A DNA stretch of 64,000 nucleotides from Deltaproteobacteria bacterium (GCA_041299015.1 JBFYWB010000111.1:47-64046), one strand, 5' to 3'. Positions 9,107-21,302 are shown, counted from the stretch's first letter. Translations and numbers: made by a program. Notes: generated by a model not told the origin, from the letters alone.

Positions 9107-9646
9107 TTATGCGACCGTTTTCAACGCATCGAGGATCGTTGCGACCTCCGGGTGGTCGGCCGGGTCGGCGGCGTAGTGACTGAAAACAATTTCTCCCGCG
9201 GTGGTGATGATGAACACTCCCGGCAGCTGCCGGACATCGCCTTGGGGCAATCCCATGTGATGACCGCGGGCCATGGCCGAAACCCCCTTCAGAACGACTT
9301 CGGGCGCCAGAAAGCCCCACGGAGCCATCCGTCTGAGGTCGAATTTCCGGTAGACCATCTTGGCGGGGTCGGAAACAAGCGGGAAGGGGACATCGTATTT
9401 TGCGGCAAAGGCCCTGGATTCGGCCGGGGTTCCCATCCCCACCAGGACAACCTGCGCACCGGCTTCGTCGAAATGCTGTTTTTTCCGGCGCAACTGCGCC
9501 ACCTGTTCGCGGCAAAACGGTCAGCCGAAGTGGCGCAAGAAAACCAGCACCAGCGGTCGCTCCTGCCAGAACGCGCTGAGGCGCTTCGTCGAGTTGTCCG
9601 ACAAGGTCACCGTCAGATCATATGCTTTTGGAACATTTATTTCCAT
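9107..9646 (-). CDS. Peroxiredoxin-like (AhpC/TSA, thioredoxin-fold) selenoprotein with an in-frame TGA = Sec at 9523..9521 (U-x-x-C motif).
   Basis: ATG 9646 (GGGGG RBS 5-6 nt upstream) opens MEINVPKAYDLTVTLSDNSTKRLSAFWQERPLVLVFLRHFG-TGA-PFCREQVAQLRRKKQHFDEAGAQVVLVGMG... The track lists only the part after the TGA (9107..9502). The TGA sits where RHFGCxxC-type homologues carry the redox Cys. selA is present in this window. Confidence 0.75.
9487..9500 (-). promoter_or_regulatory. Candidate SECIS hairpin for the Prx-like selenoprotein.
   Basis: The mRNA reads GGCGC-AGUU-GCGCC, a 5-bp GC stem with GU in the loop, starting 20 nt after the UGA. The hairpin is small, so this is moderate support only. 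Confidence 0.45.
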
Positions 9647-9737
9647 TATACCCCCAGACTGTTTGTGTCTTGCACCTGTTGCCGGTCGGTCGCCGGTATC
9701 CTACGATACGACTTCACGCACCTGTTTACTAAACGAT

Positions 9738-9764
9738 ACTATAGCAGAAAGGCACCGATTTCAA
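9738..9764 (-). promoter_or_regulatory. Possible sigma-70 promoter for the Prx-like selenoprotein gene.
   Basis: Minus strand TTGAAA-15 nt-TATAGT. The spacer is shorter than optimal. Confidence 0.35.
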
Positions 9765-9835
9765 TGCGTTGATCTTTACCTGCCGCCCATGACGACACGG
9801 TTTCATCACTGGGCGGGGCCGGCCGGGCTTTTCAT

Positions 9836-9864
9836 TTGACAGTCACGACGATGCCTCCTATAGT
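9836..9864 (+). promoter_or_regulatory. Sigma-70-type promoter for the downstream solute-binding protein gene.
   Basis: TTGACA (9836..9841), a 17-nt spacer, then TATAGT (9859..9864). Confidence 0.6.
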
Positions 9865-9965
9865 AGGAACGTTTCGCGTTACAGACATCTTTTTGCGGGC
9901 AATGCCATGGTCATCCGACACCGTCAGCGGCCGTTCCTGACGGTCAATGCGTGGAGAAGCAAAAG

Positions 9966-10796
9966 ATGAAAAGGATAGGTCCTGCTTTCTTTTTGGCGCT
10001 GGTGGCGATCGTCTTTTGCGCCTGTTCGCAACACAACCTGGGAACGTTCGTCCTCACGTCGCCGTCACCCGTCCTCGATCGCATTCAGCAGCGCGGCGAA
10101 CTGGTGGTCGCCACCGCCGCCGGTATGCCGCCGCTGAACATGACTACCAGAGACGGAAAGATCATCGGCCTGGATGCCGATCTCTCCCGCTTCCTCGCCG
10201 ACGCCATGGAGGTCAGCCTGAGACTGGAACCGATGGCCTTCAGCGACCTGCTGCCGGCGCTTGAAGCCGGTAAGGTGGACATGGTCATCTCCGGCGTGAC
10301 GATAACCGTTCGCCGCAACCGCCGCGTGGCCTTCGTCGGCCCCTATTTGATCTCCGGAAAAGGACTGCTGACCCGCGAAGCCCGCCTTGCCGCCATCAAA
10401 GGCCCGGACGGCATAAACCGTGCGGAAGTCAGGCTCACCGCCCTCAAGGGCTCCACGAGTGCGGATTTCATTAAAACGGTGGCGCCCAGGGCTCAATTCT
10501 TGCCGGTGCAAACCTATGCCGAGGCGGTCACAATGGTTATCGACGGCCGGGTGGACGCCATGGTGGCCGATCAACCCATTTGCCTTGTCAGCGCAGCCCG
10601 TCATGCGAACCAGGGGCTTATGGCCCTCGTTTCTCCCCTGACCTACGAACCGATCGGTATTGCGCTGCCGGCCAACGACCCACTCTTTGTCAACCTCGTG
10701 GATAATTTCCTGACGACGCTGCGGGACAATGGCACGCTGGAGCATTTGAAACAACAGTGGTTTCAGAAGGGCGATTGGTGGGAACAGACACAGTAG
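9966..10796 (+). CDS. Amino-acid ABC transporter substrate-binding lipoprotein (SBP family 3).
   Basis: Start ATG 9966 with a GGAGAAG RBS. The signal peptide plus lipobox reads MKRIGPAFFLALVAIVFCAC. GELVVATAAGMPPLNM, DMVISGVTIT and DAMVADQP are typical of the SBP_bac_3 family. Confidence 0.88.
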   Translation: MKRIGPAFFLALVAIVFCACSQHNLGTFVLTSPSPVLDRIQQRGELVVATAAGMPPLNMTTRDGKIIGLDADLSRFLADAMEVSLRLEPMAFSDLLPALEAGKVDMVISGVTITVRRNRRVAFVGPYLISGKGLLTREARLAAIKGPDGINRAEVRLTALKGSTSADFIKTVAPRAQFLPVQTYAEAVTMVIDGRVDAMVADQPICLVSAARHANQGLMALVSPLTYEPIGIALPANDPLFVNLVDNFLTTLRDNGTLEHLKQQWFQKGDWWEQTQ

Positions 10797-11087
10797 CCCC
10801 GTTTTGCGCCCGCCCGGCGAGCGCTTGACCCGTGACCCTTTTGGCAGGACCGATCCGCCAACCCCAGGGCCGAAGCGGCTGCGGTTCGATCGATCCGGCA
10901 GTCTGCCGTCATCATCGCCCGCCGACCTTTGGCGCGTTGAGACGTTCTTTACCTTGAAATTCCGCCGCGGCGCCGGACGATCCCCAGAAACCACAACCTC
11001 CATCCACGATTGGATACTGAAATGTGCCGGCGACCCTTCCGGGGTAAGCGGTAATCAGCAAATCGGAAGAAAGTAGGAGGAAAGAGA

Positions 11088-11792
11088 ATGCAAGCACCCC
11101 TGTCCCGGTTTATGGCGTGTGTAATAACCCTGGCGGTCGCTTTCGGCACCGTTCTTTGTCCTCCGGCGACAGCGCAGGACACTTCTCAGCAGGTGCTCGT
11201 GGACCGGGCGTCGCTGACCATCGAAGGGTTTCTGAACGATCAAACGATGACGTACTTGAGGAACAATCTTAAGTATGCCAAGGGGGTTTTGATCACTCCG
11301 TCGCTGTTCAAAGCGGCATTCTGGGTCGGCGGTTCGGGCGGCCGCGGAATCCTGATGGTGCGCGACCCGCGGACCAACACGTGGAGCGGGCCGGTTTTTT
11401 ATACGATCGGCGGCGGAAGTCTGGGGTTGCAATTCGGGGCTTCCTCTTCCGAGGTGGTGATGATGGTCATGACCCAGAAAGGCATCGAATCGTTGTACGC
11501 CACGACATTCAAACTCGGCGGCGGTGTGTCGGCCGCGGCCGGTCCGGTGGGGATCGGCGCCGAAGGGGCAACGGCACCGAATCTGAGTGCGGATTTTCTC
11601 TCCTTCGCCCGTTCCAAGGGGGCTTTTATCGGGGTGTCCCTGGATGGGGCCGTGATCTCGGTCAGCGGTGACCATAACCAGGCCTATTACGCACAGCCGG
11701 TGAGACCGGTGGACGTCTTCGAGAAAAAAGGCGTCCACAATCCTGGAGCGGACAAGCTGCGGGACCGATTGGCCGATGCGTCGAAGAGATAG
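11088..11792 (+). CDS. SYLF (Ysc84/DUF500) lipid-binding domain protein, secreted.
   Basis: 234 aa with a strong AGGAGG RBS and a signal peptide. GVLITPSLFKAAFWVGGSGGRGILMVR...WSGPVFYTIGGGSLGLQFG...KGAFIGVSLDGAVI is the SYLF pattern. Confidence 0.85.
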   Translation: MQAPLSRFMACVITLAVAFGTVLCPPATAQDTSQQVLVDRASLTIEGFLNDQTMTYLRNNLKYAKGVLITPSLFKAAFWVGGSGGRGILMVRDPRTNTWSGPVFYTIGGGSLGLQFGASSSEVVMMVMTQKGIESLYATTFKLGGGVSAAAGPVGIGAEGATAPNLSADFLSFARSKGAFIGVSLDGAVISVSGDHNQAYYAQPVRPVDVFEKKGVHNPGADKLRDRLADASKR

Positions 11793-11917
11793 ATCGAAGA
11801 GGGGAGATTTCGACAGCCGTTAGCGGCAACCGTCGGCAGTGCGAAACAATCTGCAAAAGATCGTCGCGGCATCCCTTATTTTATTCCGCAGGGGGGCGAA
11901 CCGCACGCGTTCTGCGA

Positions 11918-12013
11918 TCATTGTCGATATTCCTTCATTTTGCACCGGGCGATTCCTCCGGCAATGATGTGTTGCAGAGCTTCCGGTGCATCGCTGCGGC
12001 TTTGTCTCGCCAT
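11918..12013 (-). pseudogene. N-terminal fragment of an IS200-like/REP-associated Y1 transposase (RAYT-like).
   Basis: The minus strand reads MARQSRSDAPEALQHIIAGGIARCKMKEYRQ-stop. This is a degenerate version of the usual MARxxRIxxPGAxHHIIxRGIxRxxIF N-terminus and is truncated after 31 codons. Confidence 0.5.
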
Positions 12014-12156
12014 GTTGGCGCCTTATCAACGAGTGGCTGGATCGAAAAGTATAAATGTCGAGAACGTCACCTCTTCAGCATCATTCTAAATTTTCTGCAT
12101 CGGCCAGATCTTGTGGAAGACCGGTAGCTCGTCTATTTTGCTTTAAATTTTCGAGA

Positions 12157-12291
12157 TCAATAAATCGGCTGATTTAGGTTCTCAGTCACCTGTCGAACGG
12201 AAGTCTCAAGTTTTAACCCAAGGCGAGGATCATATGTGTGTCGCGGAAAACCGCCCGGGACAAACACATCTGCGTATCGCAAAGTTGTCAT
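12157..12291 (-). pseudogene. Orphan 44-codon ORF with a strong RBS, probably the 5' remnant of a longer gene.
   Basis: GGAGAG RBS, then MTTLRYADVFVPGGFPRHTYDPRLGLKLETSVRQVTENLNQPIY-stop. It lies among other gene fragments. I make no family assignment. Confidence 0.3.
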
Positions 12292-12404
12292 GATCTCTCC
12301 TTGTTTTAAATATCAACATCAAAAAAACAGAAATTCGGGTCGCTTCCGGCACCCGAAGCCGGGTCTTGAATGGGATCGTTTTTCTTTACAGACTTTACAG
12401 ATAG

Positions 12405-14453
<2,049 letters not shown>

Positions 14454-14468
14454 GAAAAGGAGCCTGAA

Positions 14469-15218
14469 ATGAATCGGCTTGTTTTGCTGCGCCACGGCGA
14501 AAGCATCTGGAACAAAGAAAACCGCTTCACCGGCTGGACAGACGTGGCCCTTACCGATCAGGGGACACGAGAAGCCCTGGCGGCCGGCCGAACGCTTAAA
14601 AAAGAAGGCTATCGTTTCGACAGCGCCTTTACCTCGGTTCTGAAACGGGCCATCAAGACGCTCTGGCTGGTCATGGAAGAAATGGATTTGATGTGGATCC
14701 CGGTATACCGCAGCTGGCGACTCAACGAACGCCATTACGGCGCTCTGCAGGGTTTCAACAAGGCCGAGACCGCCGCCAGGCACGGCATGGAACAGGTGCG
14801 GATCTGGCGGCGCAGCTACGCCATCCGCCCGCCGGCCCTTGCGCCGGACGATGAGCGCAATCCCGCTAAGGATCCACGCTACGCCGATCTTGCCCCGCAG
14901 GACATCCCGGCGACGGAATGCCTGAAGGATACGGTGGAGCGGTTTCTGCCCTACTGGCGCGGCTCGATTGCGCCGGAGGTCGCGGCCGGCAAACGGGTAT
15001 TGATCACCGCTCACGGCAACAGCCTGCGGGCACTGGTGAAGTATCTGGACAAGCTGTCCGATGACGACATCGTCGGGCTCAATATTCCGACGGGAATACC
15101 ATTGGTCTATGAACTGGCCGACGATTTGACGCCGCTCGATCATTATTATTTGGGCGACCCCGAAGCCGTCCACAGGGCTACCCAGGCCGTGGCCGACCAG
15201 CTGAAAAAGACACCGTAA
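14469..15218 (+). CDS. gpmA: 2,3-bisphosphoglycerate-dependent phosphoglycerate mutase.
   Basis: [26 protein letters not shown]... and ERHYGALQG are the dPGM signature. AAGGAG RBS. Confidence 0.95.
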   Translation: MNRLVLLRHGESIWNKENRFTGWTDVALTDQGTREALAAGRTLKKEGYRFDSAFTSVLKRAIKTLWLVMEEMDLMWIPVYRSWRLNERHYGALQGFNKAETAARHGMEQVRIWRRSYAIRPPALAPDDERNPAKDPRYADLAPQDIPATECLKDTVERFLPYWRGSIAPEVAAGKRVLITAHGNSLRALVKYLDKLSDDDIVGLNIPTGIPLVYELADDLTPLDHYYLGDPEAVHRATQAVADQLKKTP

Positions 15219-15253
15219 ACTCTTATCATCGCTGCAAATCAAGGGAGGGTGGC

Positions 15254-16684
15254 TTGGCATTACCGGGCAACAGGACCAAAATCGTCTGCACCATCGGACC
15301 GGCCTCCGATTCGCAGGATATCCTCGAACGCCTGATCCGGGTCGGCATGAACGTGGCCCGGATCAATTTTTCGCACGGTGATTTCGGCGAGCACCAAGCG
15401 GTCATCCGGCGAATTCGCGCGGCCTCGCGCGTCACGGGTCGGCGCGTGGCCATCATGGCCGATCTTCCCGGCCCGAAGATCAGGATCGGCCGTTTTGCCG
15501 AAGAGCCGGTCGATCTGAGGCCCGGCGAGATTTTTTCCCTGACCACGCAAGAGATCGAAGGGACCGTCAACAGGGTTTCGGTCACCTTCAGGGAACTGCC
15601 GCAGGCCGTGCGCCCGGGGGACCGGCTTTTTCTGAACGACGGCCTGATTCAGCTCAAGGTCCTGGAAGCGACCGGCCCGGAGGTCCGCTGCGAGGTGCTG
15701 ATCGGCGGCCAGTTGAGTTCCCGCAAGGGCCTGAATCTGCCCGGCATCGATCTGGGGATCAGTGCGTTCACAGACTACGACCGGCACTGCCTGGCGTTCG
15801 CCCTCGCCAACGGCGTCGACGCGATCAGTCAATCCTTCGTCCAGGATACCGCCGACATTACCGCCGTCCGGAAAGCCGCGGCCGATCTCGGCCATGATCC
15901 TTTCCTGTTCGCAAAAATCGAGCGCTCCGGCGCACTCGACCACGCCGACGACATTTTGCAGGCAGCCGACGGCATCATGGTGGCGCGCGGCGACCTGGGG
16001 GTGGAAATTCCGATCGCACAAATCGCGATTGTTCAAAAACAGCTCATATGGAAAGCCAACCGTCTCGGCAAGCCCGTCATCACCGCCACGCAGATGCTCG
16101 AGTCGATGACCGCCAACCGCCGACCCACCCGCGCCGAAGCCACCGATGTGGCCAATGCCGTCCTGGACGGCAGCGATGCGGTCATGCTGTCCGGGGAATC
16201 GGCCGTAGGCCTGTTTCCGGTGGATGCCGCCGAGATGCTGGCAACCATTGCGGCGAATATCGAACCGCTGCGCACCGTTTTTCCGGTGCGGGAGGCAATG
16301 TCGGCACGCGACTGCAATGAAGAGGCGAGCCTGCCCGACTTGATCGCGCGCAGTGTCGTCGCCACCTCCCAGCGGATCACCCCCGCCGCCGTTATCGTTC
16401 CGACGCACAGCGGGGGCACCGCCCGCCGCATCACGCGCTTCAGGCTGCCGGTCTGGATTACGGCGGTCAGCAGCTACGAGAAGACCTGTCAGGATCTGAT
16501 TTTCTCCTACGGTGTGTTTCCGGTTTGCGAACCGGATCACCCGACCGACTGGCGGGCATGGATCCGCAACTGGCTCAAGGTCCAAGAACTGAGCGGTCAT
16601 CTGGTGGTGATGACCGAAGGACCGTCCCGTAAGCACCCGGAACGAAACAACCGCATGGAAATCGTCGACCTGCGAAACACTTGA
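15254..16684 (+). CDS. pyk: Pyruvate kinase.
   Basis: TTG start. TKIVCTIGPAS, MNVARINFSHG, IMVARGDLGVEIP and VITATQMLESM are pyruvate kinase motifs. Confidence 0.93.
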   Translation: MALPGNRTKIVCTIGPASDSQDILERLIRVGMNVARINFSHGDFGEHQAVIRRIRAASRVTGRRVAIMADLPGPKIRIGRFAEEPVDLRPGEIFSLTTQEIEGTVNRVSVTFRELPQAVRPGDRLFLNDGLIQLKVLEATGPEVRCEVLIGGQLSSRKGLNLPGIDLGISAFTDYDRHCLAFALANGVDAISQSFVQDTADITAVRKAAADLGHDPFLFAKIERSGALDHADDILQAADGIMVARGDLGVEIPIAQIAIVQKQLIWKANRLGKPVITATQMLESMTANRRPTRAEATDVANAVLDGSDAVMLSGESAVGLFPVDAAEMLATIAANIEPLRTVFPVREAMSARDCNEEASLPDLIARSVVATSQRITPAAVIVPTHSGGTARRITRFRLPVWITAVSSYEKTCQDLIFSYGVFPVCEPDHPTDWRAWIRNWLKVQELSGHLVVMTEGPSRKHPERNNRMEIVDLRNT

Positions 16685-16701
16685 AACCGGAGATATTCAA
16701 C

Positions 16702-17331
16702 ATGCTGACTCGGTCTATTCTGAAAGCCGTCGTATCGATTGGCGTGGTGTTAACCCTTGCCTTAGGGTGCATCGGCCCTTCGCCGCGTTCCAAATATTAT
16801 CTGCTCAGCGCCTTGCCGGACCAAGCGGCTGGTGAAGCGCCGACCAAGGTCTCCGACGACCTGTCGGTCGGCCTCGGGCCGGTCTCTTTTCCCGCCTACC
16901 TGGACCGGCAGCAGATTGTTCTGCGCACCGGCCCGAACGAGATTTCGTTCTCCGAATTCGACCGCTGGGCCGAGCCGTTGAAAAACAACTTCGTGCGCGT
17001 GTTCAAGGGAAACCTGGCCGAGCTTCTGGGCACCGACCGTATTTTTGTTTATCCTTGGCCTTCCGGCGCTGTTTTCGAATTTCAGGTTTCCGCCGAAGTG
17101 ACCCGCTTCGATGCCCGCCCAGGCGACGGTGCCACGCTGGACGTGCAGTGGATGATCTCACGGGATCATGACCGGGAAGTCGTTCTGAGCCGTAAATCGT
17201 CTTTCCACGCCGACCTCAAGGGAACGGATTATAACACCATCGTGGACGCCCAGAGCCTAACACTGACCGCTTTCAGCCGTGAAGTGGCGGTTGCCCTCAC
17301 TGACGTGTTCCGCAGGGAGCATGGGCAGTGA
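16702..17331 (+). CDS. PqiC/YmbA-like (DUF330) ABC-type transport auxiliary lipoprotein.
   Basis: MLTRSILKAVVSIGVVLTLALGC lipobox, then SKYYLLSA..., VSFPAYLDRQQIV and FDRWAEPL, typical of the PqiC family. Its start overlaps the pyk stop region. Confidence 0.75.
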   Translation: MLTRSILKAVVSIGVVLTLALGCIGPSPRSKYYLLSALPDQAAGEAPTKVSDDLSVGLGPVSFPAYLDRQQIVLRTGPNEISFSEFDRWAEPLKNNFVRVFKGNLAELLGTDRIFVYPWPSGAVFEFQVSAEVTRFDARPGDGATLDVQWMISRDHDREVVLSRKSSFHADLKGTDYNTIVDAQSLTLTAFSREVAVALTDVFRREHGQ

Positions 17332-17503
17332 ACGGAGTTAAAATTCACTTGATTTTGTCGGTCAACAGGTTATATGATCATTTTAATCATCAAGGGCTCG
17401 TCAACGCGCCGGGCCGGTTTCGTACTGAAGGGAAGATCCATTTGACCAGGTGGCGCCTGCAGTTTGGGACTATGAGAACTTTTTAAGAAAGGAGGGTGTC
17501 ATT

Positions 17504-17704
17504 ATGGCCAATGGAACGGTAAAGTGGTTCAACGAAAAAAAAGGCTACGGCTTCATCGAACAGGAAGACGGAACGGATGTCTTCGTTCATCACACCGGTA
17601 TCAATGGGTCCGGTTTCAAAACACTGGCAGAAGGCGACCGGGTGACCTTTGACGTCGAGAAGGGTCAAAAAGGTCTCGCCGCCGTCAACGTGACCGTCGT
17701 TTAG
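17504..17704 (+). CDS. Cold-shock protein (CspA family).
   Basis: [30 protein letters not shown]... (RNP1/RNP2 motifs), 66 aa, AAGGAGG RBS. The track ORF start at 17450 is an over-extension. Confidence 0.95.
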   Translation: MANGTVKWFNEKKGYGFIEQEDGTDVFVHHTGINGSGFKTLAEGDRVTFDVEKGQKGLAAVNVTVV

Positions 17705-17723
17705 AATTCCTTTTTCTCTTTAC

Positions 17724-17761
17724 AGGCATTTCATCGGTATTCGGGTGAAATGCCTTTTTTT
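17724..17761 (+). terminator. Rho-independent terminator after the csp gene.
   Basis: A 10-bp perfect stem AGGCATTTCA/TGAAATGCCT followed by a T7 run. Confidence 0.85.
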
Positions 17762-17881
17762 ATGGACGGAACCGTCTTTCCTCGGTTGGTTGGTGACGCA
17801 TCAAACGCCGATCGAAGTGAAAAAACCGGATTGCCGCGCCGTTTTATCGGACGGCCGGTTTCCCGCATGTCGGGTGAGCCG

Positions 17882-20452
17882 TCACCCTTTGGCTTTCTTC
17901 GCTTTCTCTTCTTCTTCGACCTGAATGACGGCGCCGGCGGCGGCCGCGGCGGATTCCAGAACCTTCGCGCGGGTGTCGGCGTCCGCGTATGCCAGCGATT
18001 TTTCGAGCTCCGGCGGCAGGGAGACGGTGACGTTGCGGTGCGCGAATTTGAGGCCGGCCTCATGAAAGGCCTCCTGCATCAACCGGTAGACCTGCTTGCG
18101 GATGACGAACTGTTCTCCGGGCGGGGTTTTGTACTTGACGCGCACGATCAGGGCCGAATCGTCCAGCTCTCTGACGCCCTGGGATTTGATGGGGGCGAGC
18201 AGCTTGGGTCCGAGTTCGGGGTCCTTCATGATCTGCATGTAAACTTTTTTCTTGACGAGTTTGCGGACCTTGTCGACGTCGGTGTCGAAGGGGACCCGGA
18301 AGTCGAGCTTGGTGATGATGTAGTCGCGGCTGAAATTCGTGACCGAACCGATGTCGCTGAAGGGGATCGTGTAGACCATGCCCCGCGGGTGGCGAAGTCG
18401 GAGTGACCGCAGGGAGATTTGCTCCACGGTCCCTTTCTGTTTGCCGGTATCGACGTAGTCGCCGACCCGGATGGCATCGTCGATCAGAAAGAACATCCCC
18501 GAGATGATGTCCTTGACCAGGGTCTGGGCGCCGAAGCCGATGGCCAGGCCGATCACGCCGGCGCCGGCGATCAAAGGGGCGATGTCGACGCCGATGGAGG
18601 AAAGGGTGATCAGCGTCACCATGATGATGATCACCGTCAGAATGAACTTGCGCAGGATCAGCAGCAGGGTGCCGATGCGCGAGCCGCCGCCGCCGCCCTC
18701 ATCGCGGTCCTCGTCGTCATCGGGCTTTTCCTGCTTGATCCGGCGATGGATCGCGGCGCTGATCACCTCCCAGGCGACGTAGCCGATAATCACGACCACC
18801 AGGATGTTGAATACCGCCGCGGTCACCTCTTTTCCGATGGGCAGATCGATGCCCCAGATGCTAAGGAGCCAGAAGGCCATCCAGGCCGCCAGGGCGGCCC
18901 GCAGCCCGGTGCGAATCACGCGCTGCATGCGCCGGACATTGACATGCCGGGTTAACTCATCTTTTTTGTCCGCTGTCGGCCCGGAGGTGGTCTGCGGACC
19001 TTCGGTGGCAATCGTCGTGGTCCGGTCCTTTTCGATACCAGGTCCCCCACCGGTCAATGGTCCGGCAGGTTTCCCTTGGGATTCCTCGGCGAAATTTTCT
19101 TTGGCGGAAGTTAATAGCGTGTCGTCGAATTCGACGCGCTCGGCCTTGCGGCCCATCCCGATGGAATTCATGGCCGATGTCAAATCACCCGGACGCTGGG
19201 CCAAGCCGAAGCCGACGTCCAGGATCTGGCGCAGCCCCCAGTCGAGAAGGACGTACAAGGGGATCAGCAGCAATGTTTTGACGCCCAGGAAGCGGGGGGT
19301 GTCCGTCAGCAGGTGGTTTGCCAGGGTGAGGACCAGCAGCAGAACGAGGCCCAGTCCGCCGAAAACGTGCCAACGGCGCGCCAGGCCGGCGCGGAGGCTG
19401 TTTTCCGGCAGTTCGTTTAAAAGGCGCGCGGCCACCTGTCGGCGCCTGCCGGCCATCATCCAGATGACCATTGCGGTGATGATGACGCCGACCAGGGCCA
19501 ATGCGGTGAAATGGGTCGCTTCGCTGGCACCGGCCAATCGGATGATGCCGCAGGTGAGGATTCCGAAGCTGCCCACCGCGGCGATGGCGACGACCCCACG
19601 ATGCAGGTAAACGGCGGCTTCATCGCTAATAGGCAGAAAGCGCAGATTTTCTCTTTGCGGTGCCAGCAGAAATTTAGATATCACGGTTACCGCCCAAACG
19701 ATCAGAAAAGCCACCAAATAGGTGGCCACCAGCACGCGCTGGGGCGTGGTGCGGTCCAGAAAAATGTAGAACAATGTCAGTGTCGCTGCGGCGAACAGGA
19801 CCATGCCGGCGATACTCATCAGGGCCAGTCCGGCCGAGGCCCCGATCCGAGAAATCCAATTGGTGCGGGGTGCGCCCGCTATACGCCTGCGGCTGCCGGC
19901 CGTCAGGAAAAGGTATCCCAGCGCAAGCCCGAAGGCCGCCGCGAAAACGGTCATGACATTGATGATGGTGCGTGCCGGATGGCTTGCTTTCTCACCGGTT
20001 CCCAGATAGGTGAAAATCGACGGCACATTGGCCGGGGCCGCGGTGGCGCCGGATTTGATGAAGGCGATCCGTTCCTTCAGCTTCTCCAACAGGTTTTTTG
20101 ACGCGTTGATGAAGCCGGCCAGCCCGCCGATGTCTTTTTCTGCCGGCGCGGCCTTCGCCGCTTCCGCAGCGGCCTGTTTTTTCAAGGACTCGATCAGCAG
20201 GCGCCGGACCTGCTCGTCGCTGAGGGCGGCCATGAAATCGTCGACCCTGTCTGCATCAATGGATGCGGGCAGTTCGACGTCCCGTTCGGATGCTCCCGCT
20301 GTCTTCGATTGTTTGGCCGCCTTTACCGCTTGCTGAGAAGCATCGGCCCGGGCTAATTCCAGAACCGGAAGCGAGATCATTGTAGTGCAGGCCATGACCG
20401 CCATAAGGCTCAGGCCTAAGAGCCCATGACAACGACGATGCGCGGTGGTCAT
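17882..20452 (-). CDS. Large mechanosensitive channel (MscK/MscS family) with a long periplasmic/TM N-terminal region.
   Basis: 856 aa. The C-terminal MscS core reads GAQTLVKDIISGMFFLIDDAIRVGDYVDTGKQKGTVEQISLRSLRLRHPRGMVYTIPFS, with multiple preceding TM helices and a signal peptide. Confidence 0.88.
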   Translation of the reverse strand: MTTAHRRCHGLLGLSLMAVMACTTMISLPVLELARADASQQAVKAAKQSKTAGASERDVELPASIDADRVDDFMAALSDEQVRRLLIESLKKQAAAEAAKAAPAEKDIGGLAGFINASKNLLEKLKERIAFIKSGATAAPANVPSIFTYLGTGEKASHPARTIINVMTVFAAAFGLALGYLFLTAGSRRRIAGAPRTNWISRIGASAGLALMSIAGMVLFAAATLTLFYIFLDRTTPQRVLVATYLVAFLIVWAVTVISKFLLAPQRENLRFLPISDEAAVYLHRGVVAIAAVGSFGILTCGIIRLAGASEATHFTALALVGVIITAMVIWMMAGRRRQVAARLLNELPENSLRAGLARRWHVFGGLGLVLLLVLTLANHLLTDTPRFLGVKTLLLIPLYVLLDWGLRQILDVGFGLAQRPGDLTSAMNSIGMGRKAERVEFDDTLLTSAKENFAEESQGKPAGPLTGGGPGIEKDRTTTIATEGPQTTSGPTADKKDELTRHVNVRRMQRVIRTGLRAALAAWMAFWLLSIWGIDLPIGKEVTAAVFNILVVVIIGYVAWEVISAAIHRRIKQEKPDDDEDRDEGGGGGSRIGTLLLILRKFILTVIIIMVTLITLSSIGVDIAPLIAGAGVIGLAIGFGAQTLVKDIISGMFFLIDDAIRVGDYVDTGKQKGTVEQISLRSLRLRHPRGMVYTIPFSDIGSVTNFSRDYIITKLDFRVPFDTDVDKVRKLVKKKVYMQIMKDPELGPKLLAPIKSQGVRELDDSALIVRVKYKTPPGEQFVIRKQVYRLMQEAFHEAGLKFAHRNVTVSLPPELEKSLAYADADTRAKVLESAAAAAGAVIQVEEEEKAKKAKG

Positions 20453-20474
20453 CGATTTCTCCTGTAGGGTATTT

Positions 20475-21302
20475 TTATTCCGAGAAAGGGATCCAGCGCC
20501 GCACGAAGTATTCGAGCTGACCGCTCATAGAGATGCTCTCGAGGAAACGGTCGGCGGATTCCTTCAGCGTGACGTCAGCTTTGCGCATGCCCCAGGCCAG
20601 ATACTCTTCGGTCAGCGGTGAGGGCAGCACCGTCAGATCCATCGATTGATTTTCCGCCAGCAGCATGAGCAGAATCGGTCCGTCCTGAATGAACACGTCG
20701 GTCCGGTTCACCAGCACGAGCGTGAGCAGCGCATTCATGGCCTCGCGGGAGCTTTGATAGGCCGTGATCCTTCGGGCGGATGCGAAGTTTCGGTTGACAA
20801 AGGCCTCACCGGTCGTACCCCTGACGACGCCGAAGTGCATCGAAGGCGCCTGGCCGACCAGACCGAAGAAAGACAACGGAAACCGATTGGCGTCCCCTTT
20901 TCGAACCATGGCCATCAGGCCTGACCGGTAATACGGTTGGCTGAAAGCGATGCTCATTCGCCGCATATCCGTGATCGACATCCCCGACATGATGATGTCG
21001 ATGCGATTTTCCAGCAGGGCGGGGATCTGGTCCTCCCATGCGAGATCCACAAAACGAAGGGTTTTGCCGATATAGCGCGCGAATTCACGCGCCATGTCGG
21101 CGTCCAGGCCGATAATCTCGCCGGCCTGTTCGAAGACAAAAGGGGGAGAGGTGGTGGTCACGCCGACCCTGAGCGTTGCGGTATCGGCCACATCCGGTTT
21201 TGAAGGCGATGGGGTGGTTTGAGCACAACCGGCCAACAGAATTGCAAAGACAAGGCCTGCGATAATACGATTCCGGCGATAGGGAATAGGTGCGGTCAAC
21301 AT
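20475..21302 (-). CDS. Amino-acid ABC transporter substrate-binding lipoprotein (SBP family 3).
   Basis: Lipobox LLAGC, then LRVGVTTTSPPFVF and IDIIMSGMSIT, the SBP_bac_3 pattern. Confidence 0.85.
   Translation of the reverse strand: MLTAPIPYRRNRIIAGLVFAILLAGCAQTTPSPSKPDVADTATLRVGVTTTSPPFVFEQAGEIIGLDADMAREFARYIGKTLRFVDLAWEDQIPALLENRIDIIMSGMSITDMRRMSIAFSQPYYRSGLMAMVRKGDANRFPLSFFGLVGQAPSMHFGVVRGTTGEAFVNRNFASARRITAYQSSREAMNALLTLVLVNRTDVFIQDGPILLMLLAENQSMDLTVLPSPLTEEYLAWGMRKADVTLKESADRFLESISMSGQLEYFVRRWIPFSE

Noticed and set aside
8976-9515. The N-terminal 180-aa extension of the 680-aa track ORF (7473..9515).
   Set aside because: The extension is Arg/Pro/Gly-rich nonsense that overlaps the Prx-like gene, which occupies a different frame on the same strand. 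The PAS-GGDEF protein has a good start and RBS at 8975.
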